IMG/VR virus record: IMGVR_UViG_3300028805_000065
Coordinates: 10,988 to 74,987 of that record
DNA length: 64,000 nt
Strand: one strand, 5' to 3'
Origin: a virus
Lineage: Duplodnaviria > Heunggongvirae > Uroviricota > Caudoviricetes
The notes under the pieces were generated by a model. That model was not told where the DNA came from, did not search any database, and worked only from the letters and a program-made list of their open reading frames with translations. The translations under genes were made by a program, and so were the position numbers. Each line of letters begins with the position of its first letter. The first letter of the stretch is position 1. Below, in pieces: positions 1-10,361 of the stretch.

Positions 1-3000
1 AATTCCTTTATGGTATTGAGTGCTACTTGACAGAAACATTTGACACCAATATAAGAGACAACTATCATACAATCCTTATCGCCAAAAACAGAGACGGATT
101 TTTGGAGTTGAATGAACTGATATCAAAGATGACGCTTGAAAGTCATAGGTATTATAAGCCTAGATTATCGTTTGAAGAATTCTTTGGGATAAGCGATAAC
201 ATTATTAAGATTTCTGCCTGTCTTGCAAGTCCTCTCTGGAAGTTTATGCACAACATAATGAAAGCAGAGGATGACGGCGAAGATGTTTCCGATAGAAAGG
301 AAGTATATTATAAACTCGCAAGGCACTATGACTATTATGAAATTCAATATCATAATGAACATAACCAAGCTAAGTTTAATCAGTTGTTATACAAAATGTC
401 AAAGGAGTTTGGGAAGCCATTAATCGCCGCAACCGATACACACAGTTTAAATCAGTATAAAGCCGAGTGTAGAATGGTATTGAAATATGGCAAGACTGAT
501 GGTGAGTGGGGCGATAACGAAAATGAACTTGATTTAACTTATAAAACATTCGATCAGTTGAAAGAAGCGTTTGCGACCCAGAACTCTCTTCCAGAAGAGG
601 TGTATCTTGAGGCAATCGAAAATACTAATGTAATGGCTGACAGTTGTTGGGATTTTGAAATAGATTCAACTGTCAAATATCCTATTCTTTATGAGGGTCA
701 AGACGAAGAAAAGATAATGCTTGACAGAATTGACCGCATGTATAAAGAAAAGGTTGCGTTAGGCATTATAGATGGCAATGATGCCAGATATTTAGACAAC
801 ATCAAAGAAGAAATGCGAGTTTTTAAAAAAATTAACATGGTCGGATTTATGTTGTTTATGTCGGAACTCATGTGTTGGGCTAGAGGCGAGGGTTTGTTTA
901 CATCTCCATGTCGAGGATCTGTTGGCGGTTCTACTGTCGCATATATAACCGATATCATCGATGTTGACCCAGTAAAAATGAACACGGTGTTCTCTCGTTT
1001 CGCAAACGAGTACAGGGAAGAAGTCGGTGATATTGATACAGACTGGTTTGAAGATGACAGACCCAAAATATATCAACACATGTTTGAACGGTTTGGTGAT
1101 AGAAAATGTGCATACATCCTTGCGATGGGTACGCTTGCCGATAAAGAAGTAATCAATACTATAGGCAAAGCTTATAGAGTGATGGCTGAAAAAGGGGGAT
1201 ACGAAACTAAATACACACTGGATTTCATTAAGGATGTTAAAGAAGAGTGGTCGGTAGACCAAGAGTCAACTAGGGTTAAGTACCCAGAAATCTTTAAATA
1301 CTATGACGGACTTGCTGGATGTGTCGTATCGCAGTCAATGCACCCGGCTGGAATAGTAGTAGCGCCACTAGATATCATCCCAAACTATAGCGTCTTCTAC
1401 AATAAAGATGGTCAGCAAATTCTTCCAATAGATATGGATGAGGTACATGAATGCGGACTTGTTAAGTATGATATTCTTGGACTTAAGAACGTTGGTATTA
1501 TTGCTAAAACATGTCGGTATGCAAACGTTCCGCTCCCCAAATCTTATAGCATGGATTGGACAGACCAAGAAGTTTTCAAGGACATGGCTGAAAATCCAAC
1601 ATTCATATTCCAATTCGAATCTGATTACGCACATCAAACATTATCCACGTATTACAAAAACAAAAAGGCGAAAGGACTAGACTTTACAATTGATGATTTG
1701 TCAATTGTTAATGCTTGTATCAGACCATCTGGTGCAAGTTATCGTGATGACCTTATTGCGCTTCATATGCATAAAAATCCCTCACCTATAATAGATAAAC
1801 TGCTTGAATCTACATATGGCAGACTTGTCTTTCAGGAGCAAACACTTGCGTTTCTTCAGCAGATCTGCGGACTAAGTGGTGGCGATGCCGATAACGTAAG
1901 ACGTGCTATTGGAAGAAAACAAGTTGACAGACTTAATGCCGCACTTCCGCAGATCCTTGATGGGTATTGCTCAAAATCAAATGAACCTAGAGAAGTGGCT
2001 GAGAGCGAGGCAAAAGAATTCCTACAGATTATTGAAGATTCCGCATCATACCAGTTTGGATTCAATCATTCTACTGGCTACTCAATGTTGGGATATCTTT
2101 GCGGATATTACAGACATTATTATCCGCTTGAGTTTTGCACGGCGGCGCTGAACTGCTCAAAGTCTGATGTAGATATTCAAGACGGCGATAAGCTGGTAGA
2201 GACCCTTGGGTTTAAAATCAAATACCCGAAGTTTAGGTATTCAAGAGCAGAGTATTATTTTGATAAGAATACGGGATCTATTTTTAAAGGTGTTAGTTCT
2301 ATCAAATATTGTAACGCTACAATAGGGGAAGAGTTATATGCGCTACGTGATAGAGAATTTGATAACTTTACATCGTTTCTTATTACAGTATCAAACGAAT
2401 CATCTATTAACAGTAAGCAGATGGGCATCCTTATAAAATCTGGTTTCCTTTCGGAGTTTGGCAACGTTAATAAACTTACCACTATCTACAATATGTTTCA
2501 AAAGGTATATGACAAGAACAAAAAAGCCTTTAAGAAACAAATGAAGAAAGATTCTGTTGAGAAGAATGGGTTTACGCACGAGTTACTAAAATCATTTTGT
2601 TTAAAGGAAACTGACAAAACTTATTCTCAGGTTGACTTTTACACAATGCTTTGCACTGTAGAGAAAACGGTTAACTTTGCCGATGTTGGAATTATTGAAA
2701 AAGTAAAGAACCAAATAGACTGCCTTGGCGCAAGCGACATACATGACAAGCGATATAAAAACTTCGCATGTGTTACAAATATTATTGAAAAACAATCGCC
2801 AATAGTTTATCTATACGCAATTGCGAATGGCAATACAATTGAAGTTAAGATCCCACGTCAAAAATTCAATAAACAAAAACTTGAAATTGGAGATGTGATT
2901 TATATAAAGACTCTTAAAAAGAAAAAGAGGCAAGCTAAAAATCCTGAAACTGGCAAATGGCAGAGTATTCCAAACACAACTGTTTGGTGGGTAGAGGATT

Positions 3001-3074
3001 ATAGAATGGCTAGGAATTCGGATGAATTAAAGCCTATAACAAAACAGGGGGATATGAATGAAAATGGTTATTAA
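1..3074 (+). CDS. dnaE: DNA polymerase III alpha subunit (5' end outside window)
   Basis: Frame is open from position 3 (FLYGIECYLTE, a PHP-domain motif). Also ATDTH, CRGSVGGS, DIDTD, SMHPAGIVV, KYDILGL and FGFNHS motifs of family C polymerases. Confidence 0.95.
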   Translation, partial: FLYGIECYLTETFDTNIRDNYHTILIAKNRDGFLELNELISKMTLESHRYYKPRLSFEEFFGISDNIIKISACLASPLWKFMHNIMKAEDDGEDVSDRKEVYYKLARHYDYYEIQYHNEHNQAKFNQLLYKMSKEFGKPLIAATDTHSLNQYKAECRMVLKYGKTDGEWGDNENELDLTYKTFDQLKEAFATQNSLPEEVYLEAIENTNVMADSCWDFEIDSTVKYPILYEGQDEEKIMLDRIDRMYKEKVALGIIDGNDARYLDNIKEEMRVFKKINMVGFMLFMSELMCWARGEGLFTSPCRGSVGGSTVAYITDIIDVDPVKMNTVFSRFANEYREEVGDIDTDWFEDDRPKIYQHMFERFGDRKCAYILAMGTLADKEVINTIGKAYRVMAEKGGYETKYTLDFIKDVKEEWSVDQESTRVKYPEIFKYYDGLAGCVVSQSMHPAGIVVAPLDIIPNYSVFYNKDGQQILPIDMDEVHECGLVKYDILGLKNVGIIAKTCRYANVPLPKSYSMDWTDQEVFKDMAENPTFIFQFESDYAHQTLSTYYKNKKAKGLDFTIDDLSIVNACIRPSGASYRDDLIALHMHKNPSPIIDKLLESTYGRLVFQEQTLAFLQQICGLSGGDADNVRRAIGRKQVDRLNAALPQILDGYCSKSNEPREVAESEAKEFLQIIEDSASYQFGFNHSTGYSMLGYLCGYYRHYYPLEFCTAALNCSKSDVDIQDGDKLVETLGFKIKYPKFRYSRAEYYFDKNTGSIFKGVSSIKYCNATIGEELYALRDREFDNFTSFLITVSNESSINSKQMGILIKSGFLSEFGNVNKLTTIYNMFQKVYDKNKKAFKKQMKKDSVEKNGFTHELLKSFCLKETDKTYSQVDFYTMLCTVEKTVNFADVGIIEKVKNQIDCLGASDIHDKRYKNFACVTNIIEKQSPIVYLYAIANGNTIEVKIPRQKFNKQKLEIGDVIYIKTLKKKKRQAKNPETGKWQSIPNTTVWWVEDYRMARNSDELKPITKQGDMNENGY

Positions 3075-3246
3075 AAGAGAAATTGAGTTGTCAGAAGATG
3101 AGGTAAAAGATGCTATAAGACAATATTTAGACTATGAAGTAGAAAATAGCGATGATTTAGTTGTAAACCTTGAGTTCCTTGGTACACCAGGTGATGAAGA
3201 CTTTATATTCACCGCCGTATGCAATGAGGAATATGTAACACAATGA
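3058..3246 (+). CDS. hypothetical protein
   Basis: GGGGG RBS; overlaps both neighbours in operon fashion. Confidence 0.7.
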   Translation: MKMVIKREIELSEDEVKDAIRQYLDYEVENSDDLVVNLEFLGTPGDEDFIFTAVCNEEYVTQ

Positions 3247-3779
3247 TTAATAGACGTAAATATTCTGACAAAGAACTTATTAGAATTCTCTCAAAAGAGA
3301 ACATTATTATTCTTGTTGATTCACGAGAAAAAGCTAACAAACACATACTAGATGTCTTCGACAAAGAGGGCATCCAGTATCGTGTGACGACACTTGAGAG
3401 CGGAGATTATACTTTTGAGTTAAAAGCGATTCCAGAATTAGACATTTCACACAATATGGATTTTAGACAAGATGTAATGATTGAACGTAAGAATAGTCTT
3501 GATGAAATTAGTGGTAACTTTACAAGGGGGCGTGAAAGATTTAATGACGAATTCGGTCGGGCATGGGCAGTTAAGAAATATCTGCTAATTGAAGATGGTT
3601 CATATGAGAAAATTCTAAATCACGACTATAGAACAGACTACAATTCAAGTTCGTTCTTCGCTTCACTTCTATCGTTTGACGCACGATATAATTTGCATAT
3701 CTGTTTCGCCTCTAAAGAAACATCTGCAATTCTTATCTATAACATTTGCAAGTATGCACTTCGTGAGATTCTTAAATAA
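3243..3779 (+). CDS. ERCC4/XPF-domain nuclease
   Basis: VDSREK, LESGDY, IERKNSLDE and LLIED motifs. Confidence 0.9.
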   Translation: MINRRKYSDKELIRILSKENIIILVDSREKANKHILDVFDKEGIQYRVTTLESGDYTFELKAIPELDISHNMDFRQDVMIERKNSLDEISGNFTRGRERFNDEFGRAWAVKKYLLIEDGSYEKILNHDYRTDYNSSSFFASLLSFDARYNLHICFASKETSAILIYNICKYALREILK

Positions 3780-3796
3780 ATTTCAAACACAAAACG

Positions 3797-3811
3797 AGAA
3801 GATATATATAG
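3797..3811 (+). promoter_or_regulatory. putative phage promoter motif AGAAG-W(0-2)-TATATA
   Basis: Intergenic AGAAGATATATATAG; related copies at 8615, 9569 and 14737, each upstream of a gene start. Confidence 0.4.
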
Positions 3812-3823
3812 AGGGTTAATTAC

Positions 3824-3982
3824 ATGGGATATATTTTTAATCCAGTTCCGCCGCCACGTTGTGATAACGAGGCGGATAATGATTACCTGAACGCCATTGA
3901 TGATTATATCAATGAATTATGGTTACAAGAAAAATTTGAAAAAGCATTAGAAAAGGAGATGGAAAATGCCAGTCCACGATGA
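3824..3982 (+). CDS. small hypothetical protein (52 aa, MGYIFNPVPPP...)
   Basis: Read by hand; GAGGG RBS; fills the gap and overlaps the thg1 start. Confidence 0.6.
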   Translation: MGYIFNPVPPPRCDNEADNDYLNAIDDYINELWLQEKFEKALEKEMENASPR

Positions 3983-4796
3983 ATTAGGCAAGCGAATGAA
4001 AGCCTATGAAGACGAGTCAAACAAAAAACTCGTAAAGAAACTGCCAGTAATCATTAGGATTGACGGCAGAGCATTTCACACGTTTACAAAAAAACTTGAA
4101 AAGCCATTTGATGACCTATTAATTGACACGATGCATGAGACAATGAGGTATCTTTGCAAACATGTTGCAGGATGTGTGCTTGGATATTGTCAATCTGATG
4201 AGATCAGTCTTCTTTTACAGGATTATAAAAACGAGGAGACTCAGCCGTGGTTTGAATATCGTTTAAACAAACTTTGTTCAGTTACAGCATCAATGGCAAC
4301 ATTTGCCTTTAACCGTGCGTTCGAAAACAATGTTATGGAGTTCCACGATTTATGTTTAGAGAATAGGACGTTTGAGGAAAATGAAGAACGCATTAAAAAC
4401 CTACTTGAATGTGCTGATAAAGGTGCAATGTTTGACGCTAGAGCATTTACACTCCCCTTTAATGAAGTAACAAATTATTTCTACTGGCGTGAGGCTGATG
4501 CAATTCGTAACTCTATTGAGATGGTTGGTCATGCGAACTTTTCGCAAAACCAGTTGCATAAAGTAAACACAGATGGCATTAAGAAGATGTTGTGGTTTGA
4601 AAAAGGTATCGATTACGATAAAACCCCCATTTATAAACAAAGGGGAGCGTGTTGTATTAAAACAAAGATGCCGTCGTTTTCCCCAGACAATACACCAGTA
4701 ATGAGAACTGTTTGGGTAACAGATATTGGCATCCCGATTTTTAAAGGTGATGGTCGTGAATACATTGAATCGAAGATAGGAGATACATACTATTGA
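3966..4796 (+). CDS. thg1: tRNA(His) guanylyltransferase Thg1-like 3'-5' polymerase (TLP)
   Basis: RMKAYE, IRIDGRAFHTFT, QSDEISL, FDARAF, YFYWR..DAIRNS motifs. Confidence 0.93.
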   Translation: MPVHDELGKRMKAYEDESNKKLVKKLPVIIRIDGRAFHTFTKKLEKPFDDLLIDTMHETMRYLCKHVAGCVLGYCQSDEISLLLQDYKNEETQPWFEYRLNKLCSVTASMATFAFNRAFENNVMEFHDLCLENRTFEENEERIKNLLECADKGAMFDARAFTLPFNEVTNYFYWREADAIRNSIEMVGHANFSQNQLHKVNTDGIKKMLWFEKGIDYDKTPIYKQRGACCIKTKMPSFSPDNTPVMRTVWVTDIGIPIFKGDGREYIESKIGDTYY

Positions 4797-5905
4797 TTTA
4801 CATGGATAATGCGGCAATGATGAAGCCGACTGAGGGAGTAATTAATTCCGTTACATTAGCAATGAATGAGTATTGGTACAATCCATCCAGTGCTTATAAA
4901 TATGGCAGAGAGGTTAAAGACGATATCGAATGGGCGAGACGCAATGTTGCAAATGTAATTGGCGCAGATCCGTCCGAAATTCACTTTACTAGTGGAGCAA
5001 CAGAAAGTGCAAACATTCTTTTGGATTCTCTTGTCCCGTGTTGTGAAGTGTATATTACTGCAATTGAACATCCATGTATTGCAAATGCAGAATGTGATGT
5101 TGGAATTCTGCCAGTAGACAAATATGGGAGTATTTACCCGTCAGAACTCCCATTATTTAGGGATGAGTATTTAGAAACAACCCTTTTAGTTATTGGCGCT
5201 AATAATGAAATAGGTACAATACAACCACTTGATTATATTGGCAATACCATTTGTAAAGCAAGGGGATTTCTATTTGGTTCTGATTTGACACAGGCGTTTG
5301 GTCATATTCCGATTAATGTAAAAGATTTGAACATGTCTTTCGCATTTGGTTCTGGTCAAAAGATTGGCGGATTAAGCGGATGTGGATGGTTGTATGTCGC
5401 AAAAGAACATGAAGATTTGATATCTCCGCTTCTTGTCGGTGGCGGTCAAGATATGTTTAAGGGTGGTACTGAAAACATTACAGGCATAATTGCACTCGGA
5501 GAAGCAAGCGCAGAGGTAATAGAAAACCTTGATGAAACAATTAAATATGAGACTGAACTTAGGGATTATATGATTAATAGAATTCTATCTGAAATCCCGG
5601 ATACAATTCTTATCGGTCACCCAACAAACAGACTCCCCAACAATGTAAACATTGGATTTGGTGGATGTGATAGCGAGAGCATTGTACAGTATCTTGACAT
5701 GTATGATATCTGTTGCTCGGCTGGTAGTGCTTGCCATACAAAGAGTGTTGAGCCATCGACTGTACTTAGGGCGTTAAGACTGCCCAGTAAATACATAAAC
5801 GGATCTGTAAGATTTAGTCTTTCAAAAGACAACACAAAAGAAGAAGTAGATGAGGTTATAGGAGTTTTAAAACAATTTTATGCCAGTAAAGACAAAGACT
5901 TATGA
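4793..5905 (+). CDS. iscS: cysteine desulfurase (IscS/NifS family, PLP-dependent)
   Basis: YMDNAA, NPSS, FTSGATES, NNEIGTIQP, SGQK (PLP lysine), GTEN, SAGSAC (catalytic Cys). Confidence 0.93.
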   Translation: MIYMDNAAMMKPTEGVINSVTLAMNEYWYNPSSAYKYGREVKDDIEWARRNVANVIGADPSEIHFTSGATESANILLDSLVPCCEVYITAIEHPCIANAECDVGILPVDKYGSIYPSELPLFRDEYLETTLLVIGANNEIGTIQPLDYIGNTICKARGFLFGSDLTQAFGHIPINVKDLNMSFAFGSGQKIGGLSGCGWLYVAKEHEDLISPLLVGGGQDMFKGGTENITGIIALGEASAEVIENLDETIKYETELRDYMINRILSEIPDTILIGHPTNRLPNNVNIGFGGCDSESIVQYLDMYDICCSAGSACHTKSVEPSTVLRALRLPSKYINGSVRFSLSKDNTKEEVDEVIGVLKQFYASKDKDL

Positions 5906-6002
5906 TGAAGCGTATTTGTACGTGTATAACGAAGAAACAGGAAAGTTTGAATTAGTAGGAAAGGTAACTGAGGTTGGAGAATATGACGGTGAACAAGAGT
6001 GA
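5880..6002 (+). CDS. possible small hypothetical protein (40 aa)
   Basis: Read by hand (MPVKTKTYDEAYLYVY...); bridges iscS and the next gene. Confidence 0.35.
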   Translation: MPVKTKTYDEAYLYVYNEETGKFELVGKVTEVGEYDGEQE

Positions 6003-6366
6003 TAAAGAGGTTTTGATTAGGTCACAAGACGGAAGAGTATATCGTAAGTTTGACTTTCCGCTTGAAGTAATAAGCCCAGAAGATTGGAATGTAAATATAG
6101 AGAATCCACGAGAAAAGAGGCGTGGCTTTGTTTTGGTTATGGGATATACGACACCTATTGCAGAGTACGAAGAGGAAAGACATGCAATTCATGTCATGAA
6201 TTATCTTCTTGCGAAGCGTAATTATTATATGTTTGACGCACCATCTAAAATCAAAAGTATCATTCTCAATGTACCAACAGATGAAATAGTTAAACAAACG
6301 CCTGAAGAAAATCTGCTTAATGAAATGCCAACAAACGGAGTAACAAGTAATGAAGTTGATAACTAA
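5983..6366 (+). CDS. hypothetical protein
   Basis: GGAGA RBS before the ATG at 5983. Confidence 0.7.
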   Translation: MTVNKSDKEVLIRSQDGRVYRKFDFPLEVISPEDWNVNIENPREKRRGFVLVMGYTTPIAEYEEERHAIHVMNYLLAKRNYYMFDAPSKIKSIILNVPTDEIVKQTPEENLLNEMPTNGVTSNEVDN

Positions 6367-6970
6367 ATTTAATCGGTTCATTGATGATTGGAGGGCGGTA
6401 AAAAACCATTGTCGCACAACAGACAATAAAGACTTTACCGATAAAGATGCAACAGATGTTTTTAAAAAGAAATTGCTTATTTCTGAACATAGTCCAATTA
6501 GATTGCTTGAATTTGATTGGTCGTGGAAAGGGATTGCTTATTGGGTAAGCACTGAATGGTCACGCCATAAGTTCGAAAAGTTTATTAGTACACAAAGAGA
6601 CGATAGATTAAAAGACGATATTCCAAGGGGTAAAAAACCACAAGATGCACCAGTGAATTATGATGGTTATGCCAATATGCAAAACCTCATAGACGCATGG
6701 AGAAAAAGGCTTTGTTATCAAGCAACGAAAGAAGCTAGAACGCTTGGGGAAGATTTTAAAATTACACTTCATGATACACACCCTTATGAATCCGACATCC
6801 TAGTCCCTAATTGTGTTTATAGGTGCGGTTGCCCTGAGTTTTATCCATGTGGTTATTTTAAAATGTTTAAAGATTATTTTCTAACACACCATCCAGATAA
6901 AGATTTTCACGATATTCAGACAAGATACGACGTTTATAACGAAATGTTTTATGAGGGTATTGAGCAATGA
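6350..6970 (+). CDS. thyX: FAD-dependent thymidylate synthase ThyX-like protein (divergent)
   Basis: SEHSPIR, STEWSRH...STQR.DR and RLCYQA..E.R motifs typical of phage Thy1 proteins. Confidence 0.75.
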   Translation: MKLITKFNRFIDDWRAVKNHCRTTDNKDFTDKDATDVFKKKLLISEHSPIRLLEFDWSWKGIAYWVSTEWSRHKFEKFISTQRDDRLKDDIPRGKKPQDAPVNYDGYANMQNLIDAWRKRLCYQATKEARTLGEDFKITLHDTHPYESDILVPNCVYRCGCPEFYPCGYFKMFKDYFLTHHPDKDFHDIQTRYDVYNEMFYEGIEQ

Positions 6971-7152
6971 TGAAATGGGAAGACTACAGAAAGGGTGAGA
7001 ATGTTGATTTACATGTAACATATGCAAAAGCTGGCATTGAATGTCCCGAATGTGGTGAAGAAATTTATGAAGACATGTCTGTTGAATATCTATCAAATCC
7101 ACCGCAACATGACTTCTACTGTTTTAAATGTGGGTGGCATGGACGAAAATGA
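6967..7152 (+). CDS. small Zn-ribbon protein
   Basis: CPECG...CFKCG. Confidence 0.7.
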   Translation: MMKWEDYRKGENVDLHVTYAKAGIECPECGEEIYEDMSVEYLSNPPQHDFYCFKCGWHGRK

Positions 7153-7313
7153 AGAAGATAAATTGGATATCAGTGTTACTTTGGACATGGGTAATACTGC
7201 TGTGCGTGATATTAGTTATATTAATAGTCTGTCAAATAAAAGCAGATATTGCCATTATCACGTCAGACGACATACCTTTCTGGCTCAAATGGAAGCTGTT
7301 ACAGGGGAAGTAA
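7149..7313 (+). CDS. small membrane protein
   Basis: Hydrophobic stretch WISVLLWTWVILLCVILVILIV; ATGA overlap with the upstream gene. Confidence 0.6.
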   Translation: MKKINWISVLLWTWVILLCVILVILIVCQIKADIAIITSDDIPFWLKWKLLQGK

Positions 7314-7532
7314 ATGGTTTTATATTATTGTTGCACACAAAAAAATAACGATTGTCCCAATAAAGAAAAATGCATGAGGTATCTGAACGCTGAGTCAGCG
7401 CCTCATGCGACATTGTTTAAATACGCCTGTAAAGAAGATAATGGCTATCAATTATTCATAGAAAAATATGATGTTGATGTTGTTGTTTCTGAAGAAAAGG
7501 AGAATAAAGAGGTAGATGAGCAAGATAGTTAA
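7314..7532 (+). CDS. hypothetical Cys-containing protein
   Basis: GGGAAG RBS; operon packing. Confidence 0.65.
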   Translation: MVLYYCCTQKNNDCPNKEKCMRYLNAESAPHATLFKYACKEDNGYQLFIEKYDVDVVVSEEKENKEVDEQDS

Positions 7533-7881
7533 TGCAAAAATCAAACATGTTTCAATATCAATGGCAGACCACGGTTGTCTTACCTTTAGAATTACGCTTG
7601 ATGGTGGCAGTTGGTGCGCTGGATATGGCGGATATTGTATAGGTCATGGCTACCTTGATAGTGATTCTTTTACCGCTGAAAACGGTGGTGGACTAGTGGC
7701 TATGATGAAAATTATGGACACCGTTGGCGTTGAAAAGTGGGAAGACTTGAAAGATAAATATGTAAGAGTTGTTGATGATGGATGGGGTTCTTCTATTAAG
7801 AAAATCGGTAATATCATAGATGATAAATGGTTTGATATTGAGAAGTTTTTCAAAGAATATAAAGAGGATTCAAAAACATGA
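7516..7881 (+). CDS. hypothetical phage protein
   Basis: GAGGT RBS; operon packing. Confidence 0.75.
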   Translation: MSKIVNAKIKHVSISMADHGCLTFRITLDGGSWCAGYGGYCIGHGYLDSDSFTAENGGGLVAMMKIMDTVGVEKWEDLKDKYVRVVDDGWGSSIKKIGNIIDDKWFDIEKFFKEYKEDSKT

Positions 7882-8252
7882 CAAGAGTTATCGTGGCTGG
7901 TAGTAGAGATTTTACCGATAAAAGAAGATTATATAAAGTTCTCGATGAATACCTACCATCATTTGATGATGAAATTGAAATCGTTAGTGGACATTGTCGT
8001 GGCGCTGATTTATTGGGAGAGGAGTACGCAAAAGAACACAAAATTCCGTTAAAAATATTTCCAGCTGACTGGGATACATACGGTAAAAGGGCAGGATATT
8101 TACGTAATAAACAAATGGCTGAATATGCTTCAAAAGAAAACGGTGTTCTTGTTGCCTTTCCAGTTGGGGATTCAAGGGGTACTAAGATGATGATTAGATT
8201 AGCACATGAATATGATTTGGAAACTAATGTAAATTGGGAGAATAGTTTATGA
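7878..8252 (+). CDS. SLOG-superfamily (DUF2493/YspA-like) protein
   Basis: VIVAGSRDF, VSGHCRGAD, AGYLRNKQM and SRGTKMMI motifs. Confidence 0.85.
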   Translation: MTRVIVAGSRDFTDKRRLYKVLDEYLPSFDDEIEIVSGHCRGADLLGEEYAKEHKIPLKIFPADWDTYGKRAGYLRNKQMAEYASKENGVLVAFPVGDSRGTKMMIRLAHEYDLETNVNWENSL

Positions 8253-8560
8253 GTGAATTAAAGAGATCGGCAATTCCAACAGACGAACAGGAGACAGTAA
8301 TATCTTTTTCTAGGGATGGCAAAAGCGCAGACATATGGACTTCAGACATGACAATGATAACCAAGCTAGATAAACTATGTAGCAAATCACCACAAATGTA
8401 TAAATGTATTGAGGTCGGCAAATATAATGAATTTCTAGTAAATAAAAGATATACACTTAAGGATAAAGCGTTAGTCTCATTTAGAGCCAATCGTCAAAAA
8501 CTCAATCTTACCGAAGAACAAATTGCCGACAGGACTAAAAGGTTACAGAGTAAAAAGTAA
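8249..8560 (+). CDS. hypothetical phage protein
   Basis: GGAG RBS; operon packing. Confidence 0.7.
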   Translation: MSELKRSAIPTDEQETVISFSRDGKSADIWTSDMTMITKLDKLCSKSPQMYKCIEVGKYNEFLVNKRYTLKDKALVSFRANRQKLNLTEEQIADRTKRLQSKK

Positions 8561-8685
8561 TTGTTAAACATACCAAAATAAATTGGGTGGCATATATTTT
8601 TGGTACACTTTGGTAGAAGAATATATGTAGCATATTTACAAAAAACATATGCAAATTATTTTGCAAGATATAGAGGAGATAATAT

Positions 8686-8988
8686 ATGGCAAAATTTTAT
8701 ATGACAAAATCGGCGGATCACGATGAGAGATTTGACGACAAACCGTTTGCGATTAATTTGGATTGTGTTGTTTTGGCTGAACCAGTAGATGATTTCACAA
8801 TGATTAAACTTATTGGAGATGATAACGCATGGTATTGCATTAAGGAAAGGTATGAAGATTTTATCAAGAATCTAACCCCGTATGTCCCGTTTGGTGAGAT
8901 GACCAATAATTGTGTCTCATCAGATTGGATGCAAAAATACATATCAACAACAAGAGGAGAGAATATTGCTAACAATAATAATGGGTAA
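8686..8988 (+). CDS. hypothetical protein
   Basis: GAGGAG RBS. Confidence 0.7.
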   Translation: MAKFYMTKSADHDERFDDKPFAINLDCVVLAEPVDDFTMIKLIGDDNAWYCIKERYEDFIKNLTPYVPFGEMTNNCVSSDWMQKYISTTRGENIANNNNG

Positions 8989-9532
8989 AACTTGTAGCGG
9001 TAAAAACGCCGTTGTTTCAGAACTTGTAAAAAGAGGATGGTCGCAGATTGTTACATATACGACACGACCAAGGCGACGAGGCGAAATAGAGGGGCGAGAG
9101 TATCACTTCCTTACCGATGAAGAATTTGAGAAAAAAGATAAAAAAGGATTCTTTGTAGAGGCACAGGTATATAACGTTAATGGCAAAATTTGGAAATACG
9201 GTTCTCCTTTATGGGAGATACTCGACGCTGGTGTCGATGACGAAAATCATGTAATTATTCTTACACCTACGGGTGTATCTGAAGTAGTTGACGTATTGAA
9301 AGGTTATTCGCCAAACGACAATGTCAATGTTATCTATCTATATTCAAATCGAGAAACAATTCTTAAAAGACTAAAATCCCGTAAAGATAAAAATGATTCA
9401 ATTGAACGGCGGATGAAAGCCGACGACGAAGACTTTGCCAATGCCACGAGTCTCGCCACTAAAATTGTATACAACAACGAATCGGATTCACTTCTCAGTG
9501 TTGTTGATAAGATAATTTCATATAGTATTTGA
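8966..9532 (+). CDS. gmk: guanylate kinase
   Basis: P-loop GKTCSGK, TYTTRPRRRGE..GREYHF, YG; TTG start at 8966 after GAGGAG is more likely than 8912. Confidence 0.9.
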   Translation: MLTIIMGKTCSGKNAVVSELVKRGWSQIVTYTTRPRRRGEIEGREYHFLTDEEFEKKDKKGFFVEAQVYNVNGKIWKYGSPLWEILDAGVDDENHVIILTPTGVSEVVDVLKGYSPNDNVNVIYLYSNRETILKRLKSRKDKNDSIERRMKADDEDFANATSLATKIVYNNESDSLLSVVDKIISYSI

Positions 9533-9605
9533 TCACCTCTGCGGAGCGGAAAATCTTTGTGCAAATGCAGAAGTATATAATAAGAAGAAACTCTTACGAA
9601 AGGGG

Positions 9606-9839
9606 GTGTATTATGACTTGATAGGCAATGTTGGTATGCTGATTGATGAATTAGAAAGATATAGACGTTCATTCTTTTACGATGATTTTCAAACAGAATT
9701 CCTAACCGTTGAACTAGATGGGGAAGAATATTTAATTGATGGGATATGTACAAGAAAAACGAATTCAGATCCGTCAATGAGGCATATGTGTATTAAGATA
9801 AAAAGACCGACTACTTGCGGTGGCGGTATTATCAGATAA
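9606..9839 (+). CDS. hypothetical protein
   Basis: AAGGGG RBS; follows a promoter-like motif. Confidence 0.65.
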   Translation: MYYDLIGNVGMLIDELERYRRSFFYDDFQTEFLTVELDGEEYLIDGICTRKTNSDPSMRHMCIKIKRPTTCGGGIIR

Positions 9840-9851
9840 AAAGGAGACAAA

Positions 9852-10361
9852 TTGGGACTTGATATTAGAGCATATAGCAGACTTAGAAAAAATGAAAAGT
9901 TAACAAATAAATTAAACAAAAAGGCAAGCCATCTTGATTACGAGGGTGATGAATTCATAATGTATCCGCAACTTAGCTATATTGATGAAGTGTTCCCAAA
10001 TAGGGCAAACCCATTAAAGTACAACGGTGATGCGTATGACTATGAAGATTGTGCGTCGTTTTGCATAAGTTCGTATAGCACATACAACCAATTTAGATCA
10101 ACACTTGATGCGTTTGCTGATAAAGTTGATAGTCAACTTTTTGATGATTTAATTGATTTCTCGGATTGCGAGGGCGTGATTGGGTGCGAATTATGTGAAA
10201 AACTATATAACGCTTTTGTTTTTTATGAACATGGATATGAAGAATATATAAATGTCTTATTTGACAATGAAATATTTGACAGTATCTTGATGCACATTTA
10301 TCACAGTTTTGAACAGGCATTTGAAATCGGTAAGGATGGGGGTGCGGTGGAGTTTTGTTAA
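9852..10361 (+). CDS. hypothetical phage protein
   Basis: AAGGAG RBS; MGLDI start and FSDCEG motif. Confidence 0.75.
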   Translation: MGLDIRAYSRLRKNEKLTNKLNKKASHLDYEGDEFIMYPQLSYIDEVFPNRANPLKYNGDAYDYEDCASFCISSYSTYNQFRSTLDAFADKVDSQLFDDLIDFSDCEGVIGCELCEKLYNAFVFYEHGYEEYINVLFDNEIFDSILMHIYHSFEQAFEIGKDGGAVEFC

